This document shows, piece by piece, positions 61,949 to 64,000 of a stretch of DNA of 64,000 bases. This DNA comes from an uncultured Alphaproteobacteria bacterium (GTDB lineage: Bacteria; Pseudomonadota; Alphaproteobacteria; Rhodobacterales; Rhodobacteraceae), in contig CAVQSH010000003.1 of NCBI GenBank assembly GCA_963715835.1, positions 25,918 through 89,917 of the forward strand, in the 5' to 3' direction. The first letter of the stretch is position 1. The number at the start of each line of letters is the position of its first letter. A model generated the notes under the pieces. That model made no database searches. It had not been told where the DNA came from and worked only from the letters and a program-made list of their open reading frames with translations. Both the position numbers and the translations under genes were made by a program.

Positions 61949-62034
61949 TGGTGCCCGCGGCCGGACTCGAACCGGCACGGCCTTGCGACCGGGAGATTTT
62001 AAGTCTCATGTGTCTACCATTCCACCACGCGGGC
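61949..62034 (-). tRNA. tRNA-Leu(TAA)
   Basis: GCCCGCG acceptor stem, GGAATGGTAGAC D-arm, GAGAC-TTAAAA-TCTC anticodon arm, long variable arm, GGTTCGAGTCC T-arm, encoded CCA. Confidence 0.96.
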
Positions 62035-62178
62035 ACGGGGCGCAGGATGCGGGCGACAATAGCCAATGACCGAGCGGTGTAAAGCGCGGGCGTGCCGTTG
62101 CAGGACCTGCCGTCATCATCACCTGAATCGCGCGCAGGCTCGCTTGACCTTCGACGCAAAACGCCGGATCGTCGGCGG

Positions 62179-62994
62179 ATGTTTCCGATCCGTGATCACA
62201 ATCCGTCCCTGAAGACGCCCTATGTCACCTATGTGCTGATTGCGGTGAATGTGCTGGTTTTCATCAGCTACTGGCCACTGATGTCAGACCCGCGCGCGAT
62301 CAATGCGTTTTTCGGCAGCTATGCGATGATCCCCGCCAGCATTTCGGCCGGGATGGACTGGCCCACGATGCTGACCTCGATGTTCCTGCATGGCGGGTGG
62401 ATGCATCTGGGCGGCAACATGCTCTTCCTGTGGATCTTCGGCGACAACCTCGAGGAAGAGCTGGGCCATCTCAGGTTCCTTGGCTTCTACCTGCTCTGCG
62501 GCGTGCTGGCGGCGGTGGCGCATGTGATCTCGGCCCCCTATTCCGGGGTGCCGACCGTCGGGGCCTCGGGGGCGATCGCGGGGGTGATGGGGGCCTATCT
62601 GCTGATGTTTCCCAAGGCGCGGGTGGATGTGCTGTTCATCTTCATCGTCTTCTTCAAGATATTCCCGGTCCCGGCCTGGATCATGCTGGGCATCTGGTTC
62701 GCCCTGCAACTGTTCAACGGCGTGGGCGTCGATCCGCAGGCGGGCGGCGTCGCCTATTGGGCCCATGCGGGCGGCTTTCTGGTCGGTCTGGCGCTGATCG
62801 CGCCGGTCTGGCTGGCCCGGGGCGGCCCGGCCTTCTGGGCGCGCACCGACGGACACCCGCCCCACCCCGAGGCCAGCTACCGGCAGGTGCGCAGCGCGAT
62901 CCCCAAGGCAGGCCGGCGCACGGGCGATGCGTCCCGTCCGCAGGACCCGCCGCCCAGCCCCACGGTGATCCCGCGCAGCGGGCGGAGGAGATGA
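62179..62994 (+). CDS. Rhomboid intramembrane serine protease
   Basis: [26 protein letters not shown]. Confidence 0.92.
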   Translation: MFPIRDHNPSLKTPYVTYVLIAVNVLVFISYWPLMSDPRAINAFFGSYAMIPASISAGMDWPTMLTSMFLHGGWMHLGGNMLFLWIFGDNLEEELGHLRFLGFYLLCGVLAAVAHVISAPYSGVPTVGASGAIAGVMGAYLLMFPKARVDVLFIFIVFFKIFPVPAWIMLGIWFALQLFNGVGVDPQAGGVAYWAHAGGFLVGLALIAPVWLARGGPAFWARTDGHPPHPEASYRQVRSAIPKAGRRTGDASRPQDPPPSPTVIPRSGRRR

Positions 62995-63392
62995 CGATGA
63001 CCGATGCCCCGCCCCTGCGCCTGACCTGCCATTGCGGCGCGGTGGAACTCTCCGTGCACCTCTCGGACGGGCTGGCCACGGCACGCCGGTGCGACTGTTC
63101 CTTCTGCCGCAGGCGCGGGGCCATCGCCGTCTCGGCCCCGCTGGACGGCATCACGATCGTGAAAGGCGCGGACAACCTGACGCTCTATCAATGGGGCACG
63201 GGTGCTGCGAAACACTGGTTCTGCAAGACCTGCGGGATCTATACCCATCACCAGCGCCGCTCGAACCCACATCAATACGGCGTCAATGCCGCCTGTCTCG
63301 AGGGGGTGAACCCGCGCGATCTGGACCCGGTGCCATGGATGGACGGGGTCAATCACCCCTCCGACCGGACAGCAGGCGAGACGGGCAACTAG
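62991..63392 (+). CDS. GFA/CENP-V family Zn-binding protein
   Basis: CHCG, CDCSFC, FCKTCG; GGAGG RBS. Confidence 0.9.
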   Translation: MTMTDAPPLRLTCHCGAVELSVHLSDGLATARRCDCSFCRRRGAIAVSAPLDGITIVKGADNLTLYQWGTGAAKHWFCKTCGIYTHHQRRSNPHQYGVNAACLEGVNPRDLDPVPWMDGVNHPSDRTAGETGN

Positions 63393-63886
63393 ACGGGCGG
63401 CGTCATCTTCATGAAAATGCAGGTGGTGGTGCCGGTGGCATAGAGCTTGCCATCCTCGATACCCCGGATCTCGCCCTCGGCCACGCCGGTGGAACGGCCC
63501 GCATGCTGTATCCGGCCCGTCGCGCGCACCATCATGCCGATGGGGATCGACCGCAGGATGCTGACCTTGTATTCCAGCGTGGTATAGACCGAGCCCTTGG
63601 GCACTTTCGTCATCACCGCGCAGGCCATGCAACTGTCCAGCACCGTGCCGTACCAGCCGCCATGCACCGTGCCCATCGGGTTGGTATGTGCGAAAAGCGG
63701 CGCGCCGACAAAGGCGACCTCGCCATCGTCAACGCGTTCGGGCCAGTAATTCAGCGTCCCGGCTATGGGCGGACCGGCCAGCTTGCCGGCCATCATGTCC
63801 TGCATGAACTCCAGCCCGGACCGCGACAGCATTTCCTCCGGCGTGGCAAGCTCTTCGGGGCGTGTGGCGATGCGGCGCTGATCCAT
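63389..63886 (-). CDS. PaaI-family thioesterase
   Basis: NPMGTVHGGWYGTVLDS, TTLEYKV. Confidence 0.9.
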   Translation of the reverse strand: MDQRRIATRPEELATPEEMLSRSGLEFMQDMMAGKLAGPPIAGTLNYWPERVDDGEVAFVGAPLFAHTNPMGTVHGGWYGTVLDSCMACAVMTKVPKGSVYTTLEYKVSILRSIPIGMMVRATGRIQHAGRSTGVAEGEIRGIEDGKLYATGTTTCIFMKMTPPV

Positions 63887-63945
63887 GTCTCTCTCCCTGC
63901 TGCGCGCCCAAGGTGCCGCGCGATGCAGAGACAGGCAAGGGTCAG

Positions 63946-64000
63946 TTACGCAACGTTCTCCAGCTGCACCTTGGGTGTGACGCCCAGCGCATGGCAGACG
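63946..64000 (-). CDS. 3' end of an unidentified gene (partial)
   Basis: ..VCHALGVTPKVQLENVA* with plausible codon usage; too short to assign. Confidence 0.4.
   Translation of the reverse strand, partial: VCHALGVTPKVQLENVA

Noticed and set aside
61949-62034. tRNA-Leu as an island attachment site
   Set aside because: No integrase, and no duplicated tRNA 3' end was noticed in the window.

Overview
High-GC Rhodobacteraceae-like (alphaproteobacterial) chromosomal window. At least 13 genes, including the essential metG, are split by single-base frameshifts, so these are most likely sequencing or assembly indels, and split genes were stitched back together here. Left part (1-27 kb) is an accessory surface/secretion region. 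It holds the 5' end of a bacterial 'animal-type' heme peroxidase with a long Ala-rich helical insert, NarL-type regulators, a PDZ-sensor two-component system facing a lipoprotein + Slam pair, a MurJ-family flippase, and a LuxR + HEPN-motif gene pair. Divergent from that pair lies an operon encoding a ~724-aa Gln/Gly/Asp-rich protein, a 663-aa partner sharing two repeated beta-strand-like motifs with it, a type I secretion system and an epimerase. The peroxidase promoter and the operon promoter share an identical 13-bp element in the same orientation. The best candidate for an undescribed system is this co-regulated T1SS fibre/matrix + peroxidase module. Right part (27-64 kb) is mostly housekeeping-type genes (H-NOX/DGC, MttB, PleD-like, ECF sigma cluster, metG, tRNA-Leu) with add-ons: a low-GC HxlR + truncated globin islet, arsRC-gapdh-arsJ, an orphan LexA-boxed imuA, an SqrR-box RND pump and a Pho-box lipid-remodelling operon.
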